A program made the position numbers and the translations under genes. A model generated the notes under the pieces. It made no database searches, had not been told where the DNA came from, and worked only from the letters and a program-made list of their open reading frames with translations. From Asterias rubens (lineage: Eukaryota), in the NCBI RefSeq assembly GCF_902459465.1, contig NC_047070.1, positions 1,116,001 through 1,180,000 on the forward strand: a stretch of 64,000 nucleotides of DNA. Reading direction: 5' to 3'. Position 1 is the first letter of the stretch. Each line of letters starts with the position of its first letter. Of this stretch, positions 38,844 through 61,109 are shown piece after piece.

Positions 38844-40490
38844 CAGGGCCCAATTTCATAGTGCTGCTAAGCACACAAATTTGCTAAGCATGAAACTTCT
38901 TCCTGGATAACAAAAGGATTATACCCGAACCAAATTTCCATATTTTGGATATTGCTTGTTACTGGTATTCAGCTTTTGTTTGCTTATCCTGACAATCACG
39001 TGGAAATTTGTGACCCGCTCCAACGAAATGAGGAATGTCTAGTAAAGTTTCATTTCGTGTAATTTGACACCGAACATAATCATAACAAACAATTAATGAA
39101 AATTATTGAATTTTTTAATTTTTTTATTACTACACTTTTAGGTTGCCTAAATCTTGATTAAACTTACAATGGTCTTACCTTTTCGTCAAAAGATTACTAA
39201 AGATGTAAAAACACACGATTTCTGAGCCATGTTCTTGACGTAATTATCCAAAAATGTTCCAAATCCCACGGGACAGACAGCGAACATTCATTGAAAACAC
39301 CAAATTTGGCGAGCGTCGCAAAACTTTTCACACAACTTGCATAGCGCCACCAAGAGTACCATTGGAAAGCCAAAGATTAGAGGTGTCTAAATATAGCCAC
39401 CAAAAACATGTGTCAACACTGAAAGGGGTTCAAAGGTCACCAAAGGCAAACCCTGTTTTATCAGCGATGACATCTCCCATTCATAAATCCGCGTCGCGAG
39501 ATTTAGTATGGCTCACAGACCGAGGCGTTGTTTATCCATGCAGCGTGAGAGTCCGATCACCCGACCCGGTCTTGTTGCCATAGCTAGTTGCAGCGCTGGT
39601 AATACGACAATGTACACACGAAGACTGCGCGGGTACCATGTACAAACTTTGCTACACGTACGACGTATGGAACAGTGGAATGTTTATCGAACGTTGGGAA
39701 AACAGTGTCTAATTTCCATCATTGTTTTGTGGTTTTTCAAGGTTGAATTGTTCCAAACCAAAATAATTCTGAATGTTAAAGGAATAATCTTTCAGTTAAA
39801 CTTCATGCTGGGTAAGAAATTTCGCTAAAATCATGAGAAACATGCACGGGGAAATTGCGAATGTTCCCGGGTCTTCAAGCCGAGTATACCCGTGGGGATT
39901 GATGCTATGCGCTGAGTGACAGCTGTCTTTACAATGTTTTGACTTGACGGAACAAAACTCGCATTTCAAGTTGGAAATATCAACGCAAATTGCTCTAAAA
40001 TTTCAGGTAAACATTGTCAAACTTATTGGTGAAATTGTCTACACATTATAATCTAACTTCTCGTTGAGTTGTTTGTTCATTTTGGTAATTTTGTTTGCAT
40101 GACTACGGGGGGTTAAAAATTGATGTTTTCATTATCGTAAACAAAAATATTAATATTATTTTAATGAGTGTGTGAGACGTCGCGTTTTTTCAAATTAATT
40201 TTTATGGAGTTTGTGTTTTCCAAAACGGGTCGTAAAATTAAGCGTCAAGGGCGTCGAAAATTCCACATTGGTTCAGACAGGAAGGTCGTATGATCTTGAT
40301 TTTTATTTCATTTAAAATATTAAGATTTGCTTGTTTGGAATATTATGAAATATGCAAATGTGAAATTCACTAGACATTCCTCATTTCGTTAGAGCGGGTC
40401 ACATTTGGTTGGTAATCCTGTTTTTTTCAAGGCAAAAATGTCATGCTAAGCATTTTTTTGTGCTTAGCAGCTCTATGAAATTGAGCCCAG
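38844..40490. mobile_element. Harbinger-like MITE split by a nested insertion
   Basis: Left half CAGGGCCCAATTTCATAG... (38844-39009) and right half ...CTATGAAATTGAGCCCAG (40403-40490). Confidence 0.8.
39010..40402. mobile_element. 1.39-kb non-autonomous DNA transposon, 34-bp TIR, ATTT target duplication (Sola1-like)
   Basis: GTGACCCGCTC(C/T)AACGAAATGAGGAATGTCTAGT at both ends with one mismatch; ATTT on both flanks; no transposase ORF inside. Confidence 0.85.
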
Positions 40491-41446
40491 TTGTCCACAT
40501 CAGGGGTGACGCGCTAGCCGTGCTTGTATTTATGGTTGACTGAGCAAACTTGCACACCCAAAACTTCGTTTAGTTTTGCCAACGGCTCAATTACTTCAGA
40601 ATTTGAAAATTCACACAGCGGCAAAAGCCGTTGCACTGAACTGCCCGTGCCCGCAGCGAGACCTCTGTAGGACGCTTGTAAAACAAACTTGGAAGAAAAA
40701 CAAACTTACCTATATTCACCCTTGTATTATTTAATGAAATAATCAACTAGGTTTCATTGATGAAAAGTAACAGTCTTTCATTTCATTTTCACACAACATG
40801 CACCGAACTTCGACTGGTCACTGCACCACCAAAGAAGCACGTGCCAATAATGTATCAAGAGATAATTAGTACCTTCCTTGATGAATTTTGACTGTGAATA
40901 TCTGATGGTTGTTGTAGATCCATGGCTTCCTGGGTGGAACTGGGTAAATTCATCATACATCAAAAGACCACAAGGTTTAAAGTGACAGTCACGATTTACG
41001 ATTATAGAAATGGGAATACTGGTAAAACGTATGAACGTTTTATGAAATCAAGATATCCAATCTAGTAGGCTGAACACGTGATAACAACATATCACTGGGA
41101 TTTGCCAATTCACTTCGTTATAACAAAAAAAAAACAAAAAAAAAGTATTTTAAGAGGACAGCAAAACAAAGACACACCAAGCAGAAATGACTGAACATTT
41201 TTTGACTGATATTTGATTTCTCCTTGTGAATTAAAGAGGAAAAAATTGCAAGATTTTTTTGATTTTTTTTAGTGGCAATAAGTTTTTGGAAAGTTTGTTA
41301 GCCTCTTGTGATATGATTGTCCTTTAGAGAAAAAAATATTAGATCCGACCTCAATAGTAAAACTTGTAGGTACGTACAAGGAAGCCTTCCAAGTATAAAC
41401 ATGTGCCAAAATGAAAGAAAAATACGTAATTTTACATCACTTATGT

Positions 41447-41515
41447 TAATAATAATAATAATAATAAGACTTGTAATGCGCACATATCCACCCTGCTGGG
41501 TGTTCAAGGCGCAGT
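41447..41515 (-). mobile_element. LINE/SINE 3' tail with (TAT)n
   Basis: (ATA)n followed by ACTTGTAATGCGCACATATCCACCCTGCTGGGTG; the same sequence occurs at 59330-59388. Confidence 0.7.
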
Positions 41516-42170
41516 AAAACCAAAAACAAAACAAAAACAATACACAACACAAAGAAAAACAGACACAACAAAATTAGTCATTGAAAAATGTTAATGTTTA
41601 GTGAATGTACTCAATCCTCCCCCCCCCCTCCCATTGAAAAAAAACCAATCAAACAAACAAACAAACAACCCAACAACCCAACGCACACACTATAACAACA
41701 TTTGAAAAGCTTTCCAAAGCAAAGCTATGAATGACTAATGCTCAGCACTGTTCTTCACTTTTTACCACACCTTTTAGGGCACAGTCAAATTCCTTCAACA
41801 CCCCCTTTACTTTGCCATACATGTGGGAACTAGTCACCCCAGCCTTTCAATTTTTTTGTACGATTATATTGATTATTATAGTTCTCTTTAAAAAAAATAT
41901 AGTTATATTTCTTTAAAAAATTGATGAAGTCCAGAGCTATAAATAAAAAGGCGCGAAAAGGAAGTGACTTTTCACATAATTTGTAAGGACTTAATAACTT
42001 TTTATGTAACTGAGGGTAGGTTCGTTTGTATCAGGGAAGCAAGAAACAGGACAAGAATTCCAAATTAACAATTTGGAATGTAAAGAAACTGGATGAGTAC
42101 CTCACAGTATTTGCTACTGTGTCAAAAAGATATTGTTGGCAATTAAATTAAATAGTTTCCAATCAGAATG

Positions 42171-42556
42171 TTAAAGGCAGTGGACACTATTGGTAATTAC
42201 TCAAAATAATTATTTGCATAAAACCTTACTTGGTAAAGAGTAATGGGAAGAGGTTGGTAGTATTAAACATTGTGAGAAACGGCTCCCTCTGAAGTGGAGT
42301 AGTTTTCGAGAAAGAAATAATTTTCCATGGATTTGATTTCAAGACCTCAAAATTAGAACTTGAGGTCTCGAACTCAAGCATCTGAAAGCACACAACTTTG
42401 TGTGACAAGGGTGTTTTTTCTTTCATTATTATCTCGCTACTTCAACGACCAATTGAGCTCAAATTATCACAGGCTTGTTATTTTATGCATGTGTTGAGAT
42501 ACACTAATTGAGAAGACTGGTCTTTGACAATTACCAATAGTGTCCACTGTCTTTAA
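42171..42556 (+). mobile_element. Kolobok-like MITE, family A, full length
   Basis: TTAAAGGCAGTGGACACTATTGGTAATT...AATTACCAATAGTGTCCACTGTCTTTAA with TTAA at both ends. Confidence 0.9.
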
Positions 42557-42591
42557 GATTTAAGCTGATTTGTGGCTTTTCAAGTATTTCC

Positions 42592-42975
42592 TTAAGACAC
42601 TGGGCACCTTTGGTAATTGTCAAAGACCAGTCTTCTCACTTGGTGTATCTCAACATATGCACAAAATAACAAACCTGTGAAAAATTGAACTCAATTGGTC
42701 CTCGAAGTAACGAAATAATAATGAAAGAAAAAACACACTTGTCACACGAAGTTGTGTACTTTTAGATGCTTGATTTAGGGACTTCAAATCTAATTCTGAG
42801 GTCTTGAAATCAAATTCAAACACTTTAGTGTAAAATTACTTCTTTCTCGAAAACTAAGTTACTTCAGAGGGAGCCGTTTCTCACAATGTTTTATACTCTC
42901 AACAGCTCTCCATTGCTTGTTACCAAGTAATGTTTTATTCTTATAATTATTTTGAGTAATTACCAATAGTGTCCA
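42592..42975 (-). mobile_element. Kolobok-like MITE, family A, inverted relative to its neighbour
   Basis: Reverse-orientation copy 35 bp from the previous one; its right terminus is truncated. Confidence 0.85.
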
Positions 42976-43532
42976 GGCAAATAAATTTGTTTATCAAATA
43001 CATTGTTTTTTCTATTTTTTGTTTAGTTGATGAATGAAAGTTGCCCATGTACAAACTATACAGACTAATCTTAAAAACACACAAGACATTGATTGAAAGA
43101 AAAGATATACCACTTATTTGTTTGAATCTTACATTCACATGTGGTTTAATGCTTCAAAACAGGCAACTTCAGTTGAGTATATAACACTCGATTTTGCAAA
43201 TCAAAGAGATTTGTATTTATTATTGTTTCATTTTAAATCTTTCTGTTAATGCAACCAAGAGATCCTTAAAGGTGACAGGCACTTTAACCTAGAGGCCTGA
43301 AGATATCAGTATAGAGACGACAATATGACATTTGTCTTTGTTCAACCCCCAATCATGACAACAATTTGTGAGAATTTCCTTTGAAGTTTTCCCCACTGAC
43401 AGAGTCAGATGCGAAGGTTAGCTGGAAAGTCAAAGAGCCAGACGATGTTTGTTGCAGTTGCAAGGCTCATTTCCAAATGTCTATAGGTTTATTTCTAAGC
43501 CCTCACATCCGATTGCCTTAAGTTCCACTCTC

Positions 43533-43672
43533 GGGCTGTAACCGAACTGGCGTTTACACCTACGACTACGGCTGTTACTAAGGGTGTTGCTGAGGACCTC
43601 CTAAACCTCAACGCATAATGAAGCGGAAATCTAGCTGTAGCCCTAGCTGTAGCCGCCAGTTCAAACACAGCC
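43533..43672. mobile_element. Degenerate hairpin MITE related to 21803-21931
   Basis: GGGCTGTAACCGAACTGGCG...CGCCAGTTCAAACACAGCC with GCTACAGCTA-type internal motifs; abuts the FIGNL1 3' array. Confidence 0.55.
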
Positions 43673-44045
43673 TAAGGTAGATATGAAGCTGCCTATTCAA
43701 GGTACCAGTCTATTTGTTCATTTACTAGCCCCACTGCCAAAGGTCTTGTTCCACTCCAGGTAGATATGAAGCTGCCTATTCAAGGCACCAGTCTGTTCAT
43801 TTACTAGCCCCACTGCCAAAGGTCTTGTTCCACTCCAGGTAGATATGAAGCTGCCTATTCAAGGCACCAGTCTATTTGTTCATTTACTAGCCCCACTGCC
43901 AAAGGTCTTGTTCCACTCCAGGTAGATATGAAGCTGCCTATTCAAGGTACCAGTCTATTTGTTCATTTACTAGCCCCACCGCCAAAGGTCTTGTTCCACT
44001 CCAGGTAGATATGAAGCTGCCTATTCAAGGTACCAGTCTACTTGT

Positions 44046-54202
<10,157 letters not shown>

Positions 54203-54432
54203 GTCAACATGAATGAGATCTTACTTCGGGGTGGTCTTCAATTCTGCTGTAAATATAGAACATTTAATATTTCAAAATGTACAAAAAAAATTATCCTTAG
54301 TTGCTGCCATTGTTGTAGATGTCATCAGACCGATAATGTCAAAATTTCGAAAAAAGGAATACAGCGCCCCAGTTACTGGGTCTAGTAGTATAATCATGAG
54401 CATAGAGCAAGCCTTGCTCTATCTATGGTATT

Positions 54433-54466
54433 ATGAGGTACGTTCCGCTAGCGGAACGAACCTCAT
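54433..54466. repeat. 34-bp near-perfect palindrome
   Basis: ATGAGGTACGTTCCGCTAGCGGAACGAACCTCAT differs from its reverse complement at a single mismatched pair. Confidence 0.9.
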
Positions 54467-54680
54467 TTAGGAGATAGGTCATCACACCATACATAGACTC
54501 GTAGTCTTAGAGCAAGGAACCTCTATGCTCACCACACAGTGTCACTGTACACAGCTAGACACACACAGCCCACCTCCACCATAATGGACAGACAACAAAG
54601 TTTATGTTTGACTTTTCTTTGTTGACATGGTTGATGAGTACTTCTTACTACTAACTAGAATTTACTATAACTTTTTATAA

Positions 54681-54923
54681 GATACAACTTACAAGCCGAC
54701 TCTCAACAAAAACATTGGGTGCAGAAGGAACTTCTTTTCACAGCGAATAATTAATTATTGGAACAGTCTCCCACACAAAGTAGTAAATGCCAAAACAGCA
54801 TTCAACATTCAAGAAAGAGCTCGAAGCCTATTGGAAGGAATCAATGATAGGATATGGGGTCACAAAGGCATAAGCCTAAACAATTTCTCCCATCAATCGT
54901 AAGTAAGTAAGTAAGTAAGTAAG
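54681..54923 (+). mobile_element. CR1-type LINE 3' fragment with a (GTAA)n tail
   Basis: Translates to RNFFSQRIINYWNSLP..VVNA then, after a frameshift, FKKELEAYW, which is typical of the CR1 ORF2 C-terminus; ends in (GTAA)x6. Confidence 0.75.
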
Positions 54924-55078
54924 ATAAGGCTCACCCGTTTCGTTTGTGCATTCTAAATTAAACACAACCTTAGATTTTACAATATAAGTAAGACTGACAG
55001 TCGGCATGAAGCAAAGGAGACAATTTACTCATTGAACAAGTGTTCACAAGAAATCAGTAAATCACAAAAGAAACTCAC

Positions 55079-55258
55079 TTCGCTGTTGATGAATCCCCGA
55101 TTTTCACATTTCCCGCTAGACTACTCATCACTGGCTGCTTGCTGCACAGCGTTTTACATGCAACGCGCGAGATGACGATTGTGTTTACGTTCTGCTGGTG
55201 TTTTTGTGGTCACATGAGGGCGGTATGACAGTAAATGTCAAGCAACAGATGAAGGAAG
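55079..55258. promoter_or_regulatory. Bidirectional promoter / 5' UTR region shared by FIGNL1 and TM2D2
   Basis: The minus-strand splice donor GTGAGT at 55078-55073 ends a putative non-coding FIGNL1 exon 1. The TM2D2 ATG is only 180 bp away. The region is CpG-enriched, and a YY1-like AAGATGGC overlaps the TM2D2 start codon. Transcription start sites cannot be seen. Confidence 0.7.
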
Positions 55259-58200
55259 ATGGCTGCTCCCTGTGTGTATTTTGTTGCGACTTTTGTTGTG
55301 TTTATGTTCTTAGCTCTGTCCGAAATTTTAGCCGAAAATCGGCAGATAATTGTCCCAGAAGATAACACACGTTGGGAAGAATCTAATGGAGTAGAATATG
55401 AGCCCCACTCGCCGCTCATACGATGCGAATACGTGTAAGTGAAATGTTCCTGTTTTGTTTGTGAATTAAATTTTAAAAATTAATGTTAAAAATTGTTCAA
55501 GTTGTTACTAATTGTTAATATTAGGCCTACTGGCTAGTTAGGCCTATATATTATTAATATTATAGCGGGGATAACTTTCCGTATGGCGCCACCACTTTTT
55601 CACTAATTTTTCATAAAGGGATATCTCATTGAGGTAAATTAGATACTATTTTGGATAACTTTCCGTATGGCGCCACCACTTTTTCACTCATATTTACAAA
55701 AAGGGATATATCAATCAGGTAAATTAGATACTATATTATTTTATTTCGAATGAAAAAGTGGTGACGCCATACGGAAACTTTCCCACTATTTTTTCATATC
55801 GAATGAAAAAGTGGTGGCGCCATACGGAAACTTTTCCTTACGCAACACCCTACTTTTATGCCGTGCATGCAGTTCATATCGAGTTTGACAAAATGTAGCG
55901 CGCAAAGTTCATCCACACGCGCATTCATCCAACATTACTACTATTACTAGACCCAGGAATCAGTTACTGGGGCGCTGTACTCCTTTTTTCGCAGGCATAC
56001 ATGTACATAGTCACAAGTTTCAATGTTTTTCTCTTTTCTTTTTTTCCCCTTACATCAGGCCACCTGAGTATGTTGAATGCGACGCTCCAAAAGATTTAAG
56101 TTCAGAAAGTATCAATACCACAAAGAAACAGGATGACATTGGATGCACAAAGGTAAAGTATTATTATATGTGCTAGGGGAGAGTGTTAAACCTTATGTCT
56201 GACCATTCTTATTCCGATTCTTATTCTTTATTTGGCCAATAAACAATTACAAATACAAACAGACAGTATGTCAAATAGATAATTATAAGTACATGTACAA
56301 AAGTAAATACAAAGCAAGAAAAACAATAAGGGCACAGGAAATGATAAAACAACCCTAATGTGATGGCCAGGATCAACAAAAGTATAATTAAACACTGTAG
56401 CTCGAAAGCCTGTTAATCCAGTCACATAGGGAAGCAAACACACTATAAAAATACTCTCTTTGGAAAATAATAATAATTTGAAATAAATATTATTATAAAT
56501 AATCTGTTTACACAAAGCACAATTTAAAATAACAAAACCAAAACCAGAAATTAGACAAGCAAATAGCAAATAAATAAATAAATAAACAAATAAATAGTTT
56601 ATTAAAACAAATAAATAAAAAGTATTAACAAATGAATGAATAAATAATTAGAAAAGTACATGTAAAAAAGAGATAAACAACAAATAATTCAATAAAGGGA
56701 TGGATTTAACAAAAAATAGGTCAATCAACGAAAAAGTTAATCAGGCAATCACCTTTTCCACTTAAACTCTTACATCAATAAACAGATGATTAAATATGAA
56801 TAAAGCAATCAAAACAACAAAACAACAAAACAACAACGAAAATTAAATATATGGCTTAACAAATAGGTAAATCAGTAAATGAATAAATAACAAAAAATAA
56901 AATAACAACACACGCAACGGAAATGAGCTCTTTTCCAACATAAATGTATCCAAAAAAAATAATGGANNNNNNNNNNNNNNNNNNNNNNNNNNNNNNNNNN
57001 NNNNNNNNNNNNNNNNNNNNNNNNNNNNNNNNNNNNNNNNNNNNNNNNNNNNNNNNNNNNNNNNNNNNNNNNNNNNNNNNNNNNNNNNNNNNNNNNNNNN
57101 NNNNNNNNNNNNNNNNNNNNNNNNNNNNNNNNNNNNNNNNNNNNNNNNNNNNNNNAGACAAGATATAATGGTCAAACCAGAATTTATTTAACAAGACCAA
57201 GGGCAAATTTCACAGAGAGCTAAGACTGATTTTAAGCCGTGTATCAATTTTAATTGCTTAGCAAAGTGTGAAGTCTCAACACAAATCATTATGGTGATAT
57301 TGACAACTCATCTTAAAATGAAACTTAGTGCTTGGTGAAATCCAGCCCAGAATCTTAATGAGAAGGAACTCCACAAAGTTTACCATGTAAACTAGTTTTA
57401 TTTGAACAAACAACACTAATAGAAGATTTAATCGGTCTACAAGTATTCTTTGATATTCAACAGATGTAAAACACATTCACCAGACTCTAACAAAAACTAT
57501 TAAACATCATTTTTTTTACAAGATTTTACAATATGAGATAATAATATTAAAATGTAAAATACCAAGACTTGTGTGGTCTTGACTTTACATACCCAACACT
57601 AAAATCTCTGGCCCCAAGCATGCGATACAGTGTAAAATTTTAACCATGGCCTCAAAATGACATGTCAGATGTTCAGGTTAAGCCTTAGATGGTCTAGGTA
57701 CTTTTTGTTGGACAAAAAACACAATAATGTCCACAGATTTCCATTAAACTTACACAGTTTGAAGATTATGATGGTAGAAAGCTTCCCTTAAAATATTACT
57801 TGCTGAGGTGCTGTAGTTTTTGAGAAATGAGTAAAACAATGTCATGAAAATAATTTTCGTCTCAGTGACCTACAGCACCTCATCAACTAATATTTTAAGG
57901 TACCCTTTCTACTATCATTACCTTCAAATGGTGTAAGTTTATTGTAAATCTGTGGACATTGTGTTTTGTGTTACAAAAAGTACCCATATCCCCTTTTATT
58001 TGCCTTCAAGTGTGCAACTCCAGCTTTGTAACTTTGCTGCTTCTTTTTTCTTTTCCTTTTTTTCCCCATTCCATAGGAGATGTATGGTAAACAGCAACAC
58101 GGCCAAGTACCAACAACATCAGTGAACTGCACAGTACTTCCTGGGATTGCTTGCTACGGCAGTAGGACATTTGTCAAAGACAATGTGCCATGTATTAAGT

Positions 58201-59153
58201 AAGTAATCTGCTTTATGTATTATTTGTATTCACCCCTCACTTGTGCAGCATCAGCAGTTCTGCTCTGGCTTAAGATTTGTTCACATTGCTGCCGTCGATT
58301 TCACAAAGAGTTAGGGACTCATCTTATCTCGAGTTAGGACGAGTAACTCGTCCTAATTTAGGATTAATCTTAAGGTCTGCATGCTAGAGTGCAGGGTTGG
58401 GACTCGTCCTAAGTCCTAAGATTAGTCTTAAGTTAGGAAGAGCTTAGTGAAATCGACGGCTGGCCCTTACAAGTGAATGGAAACTTGCATACCACAGGAA
58501 TCCAAAATGAGGTGTTAAGATTGATTGTTTTTACTTGAGGTATATTAAAGGCAGTGGACACTATTGGTAATTACTCAAATTAATTATCAGCATAAAACCT
58601 CACTTGGAAACGAGTAATGCGGAGAGGTTAATAGTATAAGACATTGTGAGAAACGGCTCCCTCTGAAGTGACGCAGTTTTCGAGAAAGAAGATAGTTTCC
58701 ACGAATTTGATTTCGGGACCTCAAGTTTAGAATTTGAGGTCTCGAAATCAAGCATCTGAAAGCACACAACTTTGTGTGACAAGGGTGTTTTTTTCTTTCA
58801 TTATTATCTCGCAACTCCGACGACCGATTGAGCTCAAATTTTCACAGGTTTGTTATTTTATGTATTTGATAAGATACAGCAAGTGAGAAGACTGGTCTTT
58901 GACAATTACCAATAGTGTCCACTGCCTATAAGGCATTGGCTTAGCTTTTTGTAAAGAAGCCCATTGGGCAACTAAACTGTGTATTTTTATTACCCTCAGG
59001 AAGTTTTAGTTGCTCATCAACGTATCTAATGATCTAATGATCACAACCAGTTTGGTGGTCAAATGAGCATTCAAACACTCAATGAATAAACTGCACATTT
59101 GTTGTTGAATTTTTAAATTGATGAAGTTCACATCTGAAAAGGTAGTACATTAA

Positions 59154-59184
<31 letters not shown>

Positions 59185-61109
59185 CGTAGCCCGACTCGAG
59201 GAGTTACCGGCACAAAGGAAAATGAGATCTTTCTTTTGCATGCTGTGATAAAATGAGATGATAATGATAATGATAATGATAATGATAATGATAATGATAA
59301 TGATAATGATAATGATAATGACGACGGCGATGGCGATGATAATAATAAAACTTGTAATGCGCACATATCCACCCTGCTGGGTGCACAGTTTTTTAGATCT
59401 GCAATTGTTGCATAAACTCACATCTCTTTTGTTTGCTGCTCCGTAACAATCATCCATTTAGCATCCCTAAGGTAGATGAGTGTTTTAAAGCCATTGGACA
59501 CTTTCTGAACAGAACAAAAGTTCACAGATTTACAAATAACTTACAAAGTTTACAGAAGGTAATGGTGAAAGACTTCCCTTGAAAAATTATTCCATGAAAT
59601 GCTTTACTTTTTGAGAAAACATTAAAACAATTATCAATTCTCGATATCGAGAATAACGGATTTATTTCAAACACATGTCATGACACGGCGAAACATGCAG
59701 AAACAAGGGTGGGTTTTCCCGTTATTTGCTCCCGATGACCATTTGAGCCTAAGTTTTCACAGGTTTGTTATTTTATATATAAGTTGTGATACACGAAGTG
59801 TGGGCCTTTGGACAACATAGTTTGTAGTGGCCAGCAAGACAAGTTGCAGAGATGCCATGTTCAGAGACCAGCTAGGTATTTAAGACCCCCCCCAACCAGT
59901 ACTGCCCCCAACCCCTCAACTCTCCATGCTCTGATGAACAAATCTGAACATCTCCCTGATTATGGGAACTTGTTTTCCTATTTATTGTTATTCTAAATGA
60001 TTGTCGGTTGCAAAATCAACCTTTCAGCAGGATGTAAATGCTTGCAGCTCTGGTAGGGGTGAGATTTGTACTGGCGCCTCCTAGTAGAGGGCAAAAGAGG
60101 AATGGAAATAAACCATACGACCAACCTGATGCCCTAAAGTAAAGCGAGTCTTCTAGAGTAACCTTAAATGTAGATCTGTCTCTCATGCTGCACTTTTCTT
60201 TTTTTTCCGTCGGCTTAGTAGTAGAGTGTATGTCGTGAAGAGAACAGGACCTAAGATGGAGCCCTAAAAAGGGACCTCGTGCTTAAGGTTCCCTAAAACT
60301 AAAAAATTACATTTAAATAAGTTCTATCAAAAGGGAGACTTTGATAGCTAGTCATTTTGTGAATATGCTTTGAGATGTAATTTAAAGGAACGTTACAGAA
60401 TTGGTAAGAAACAAAAATCGTGAAGATCACAGATTTACATAAAACTACCAGGGCATAATGATGATGACAGTAGAAAACATCCCATGAAATATTTCTGTCT
60501 GAAATGTCATATTTGATGAGAAATAAATAATCTAATTTCGCGTTTGGAGTTTATCGCTCAGTGAGCGTTTTATTCATTTTTGTTTTGGCATCGCTGCAAT
60601 GCAAAATTTGCAATTGGTTTTTCACTATTCTTTCGTGACCCAAATGGCCGATCGATCTTAAACTTCTACAGGTTTGTCAGTTTATGTATATGGTGGATTA
60701 CATCAAGTGCTTATACTGCCAGCAACTTTTTTGCTAGCAAAACCAATTCTGTAATGTTCCTTTAAGTAACTTTATTTTAAAAACAAATTCTTTGAGAATT
60801 TCTTTGCCAAAATCGTCATGCTTCAGCAACTCTTTCTTGTTTTAACCTTGACACCTGACAACCGATTTTTCTTCTTCTTTCTGACACTTGGTTAGATACA
60901 ACGGCCATTATTTTGTGACAACTCTCCTCTTATCGGTACTGCTTGGATTCCTCGGAGTGGACAGATTTTGCCTCGGTCATGTCGGCATGGCTGTTGGGAA
61001 GCTACTGACCCTCGGTGGGTTAGGGGTCTGGTGGATATTAGACATTGTACTCCTGTGTACGGGTAATACCATGCCATATGATGGCAGCAACTGGTGCCCT
61101 AATTATTAA
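55259..61109 (+). CDS. TM2D2: TM2 domain-containing protein 2, 4 exons, 201 aa
   Basis: Exons 55259-55434, 56059-56152, 58077-58198, 60896-61109 (606 nt, phases 2/0/2). The protein has a signal-peptide-like N-terminus, [12 protein letters not shown], Cys-rich ectodomain segments, and a TM2 domain ([26 protein letters not shown]...[20 protein letters not shown]...DGSNWC). Confidence 0.94.
55569..55837. mobile_element. Palindromic MITE-like repeat in TM2D2 intron 1
   Basis: ACTTTCCGTATGGCGCCACCACTTTTTC occurs twice forward (about 55575 and 55659) and twice in reverse complement (about 55755 and 55806). Confidence 0.75.
56967..57155. other. Assembly gap (189 N) beside AT-rich low-complexity sequence
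   Basis: Run of N bases. Confidence 0.99.
57685..57996. mobile_element. Palindromic MITE in TM2D2 intron 2
   Basis: GGTACTTTTTG...ATGTCCACAGATTT on the left mirrors AAATCTGTGGACAT...CAAAAAGTACC on the right. Confidence 0.65.
58291..58459. mobile_element. Harbinger-like MITE (GTCGATTTCAC family), CTG target duplication
   Basis: CCGTCGATTTCAC...GTGAAATCGACGG flanked by CTG on both sides, with internal GTTAGGAC/GTCCTAA repeats. Confidence 0.8.
58545..58931 (+). mobile_element. Kolobok-like MITE, family A, full length
   Basis: TTAAAGGCAGTGGACACTATTGGTAATT...AATTACCAATAGTGTCCACTGCCT. Confidence 0.9.
59148..59388. repeat. (ATA)n and (GATAAT)n microsatellites plus a LINE/SINE tail
   Basis: Simple repeats at 59152-59180 and 59260-59320, followed by the tail motif also seen at 41447. 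Confidence 0.85.
59486..59818. mobile_element. Kolobok-like MITE, truncated
   Basis: Starts TTAAAGCCATTGGACAC and shares the TTTTCACAGGTTTGTTATTTTA...GATACAC segment with family A. Confidence 0.65.
60382..60765. mobile_element. Kolobok-like MITE
   Basis: TTAAAGGAACGTTACAGAATTGG...CCAATTCTGTAATGTTCCTTTAA. Confidence 0.85.

Noticed and set aside
40778-40963. ATG in a strong Kozak context (GCCATGG) on the minus strand between FIGNL1 and MKI67
   Set aside because: It gives only a 22-codon frame with a weak donor and no recognisable product or partner exons.
56843-57206. ORFs containing runs of X
   Set aside because: Artefacts of the N gap.
59079-59457. ORFs with poly-I, (HY)n, (MI)n or (SL)n
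   Set aside because: Translations of intronic microsatellites.
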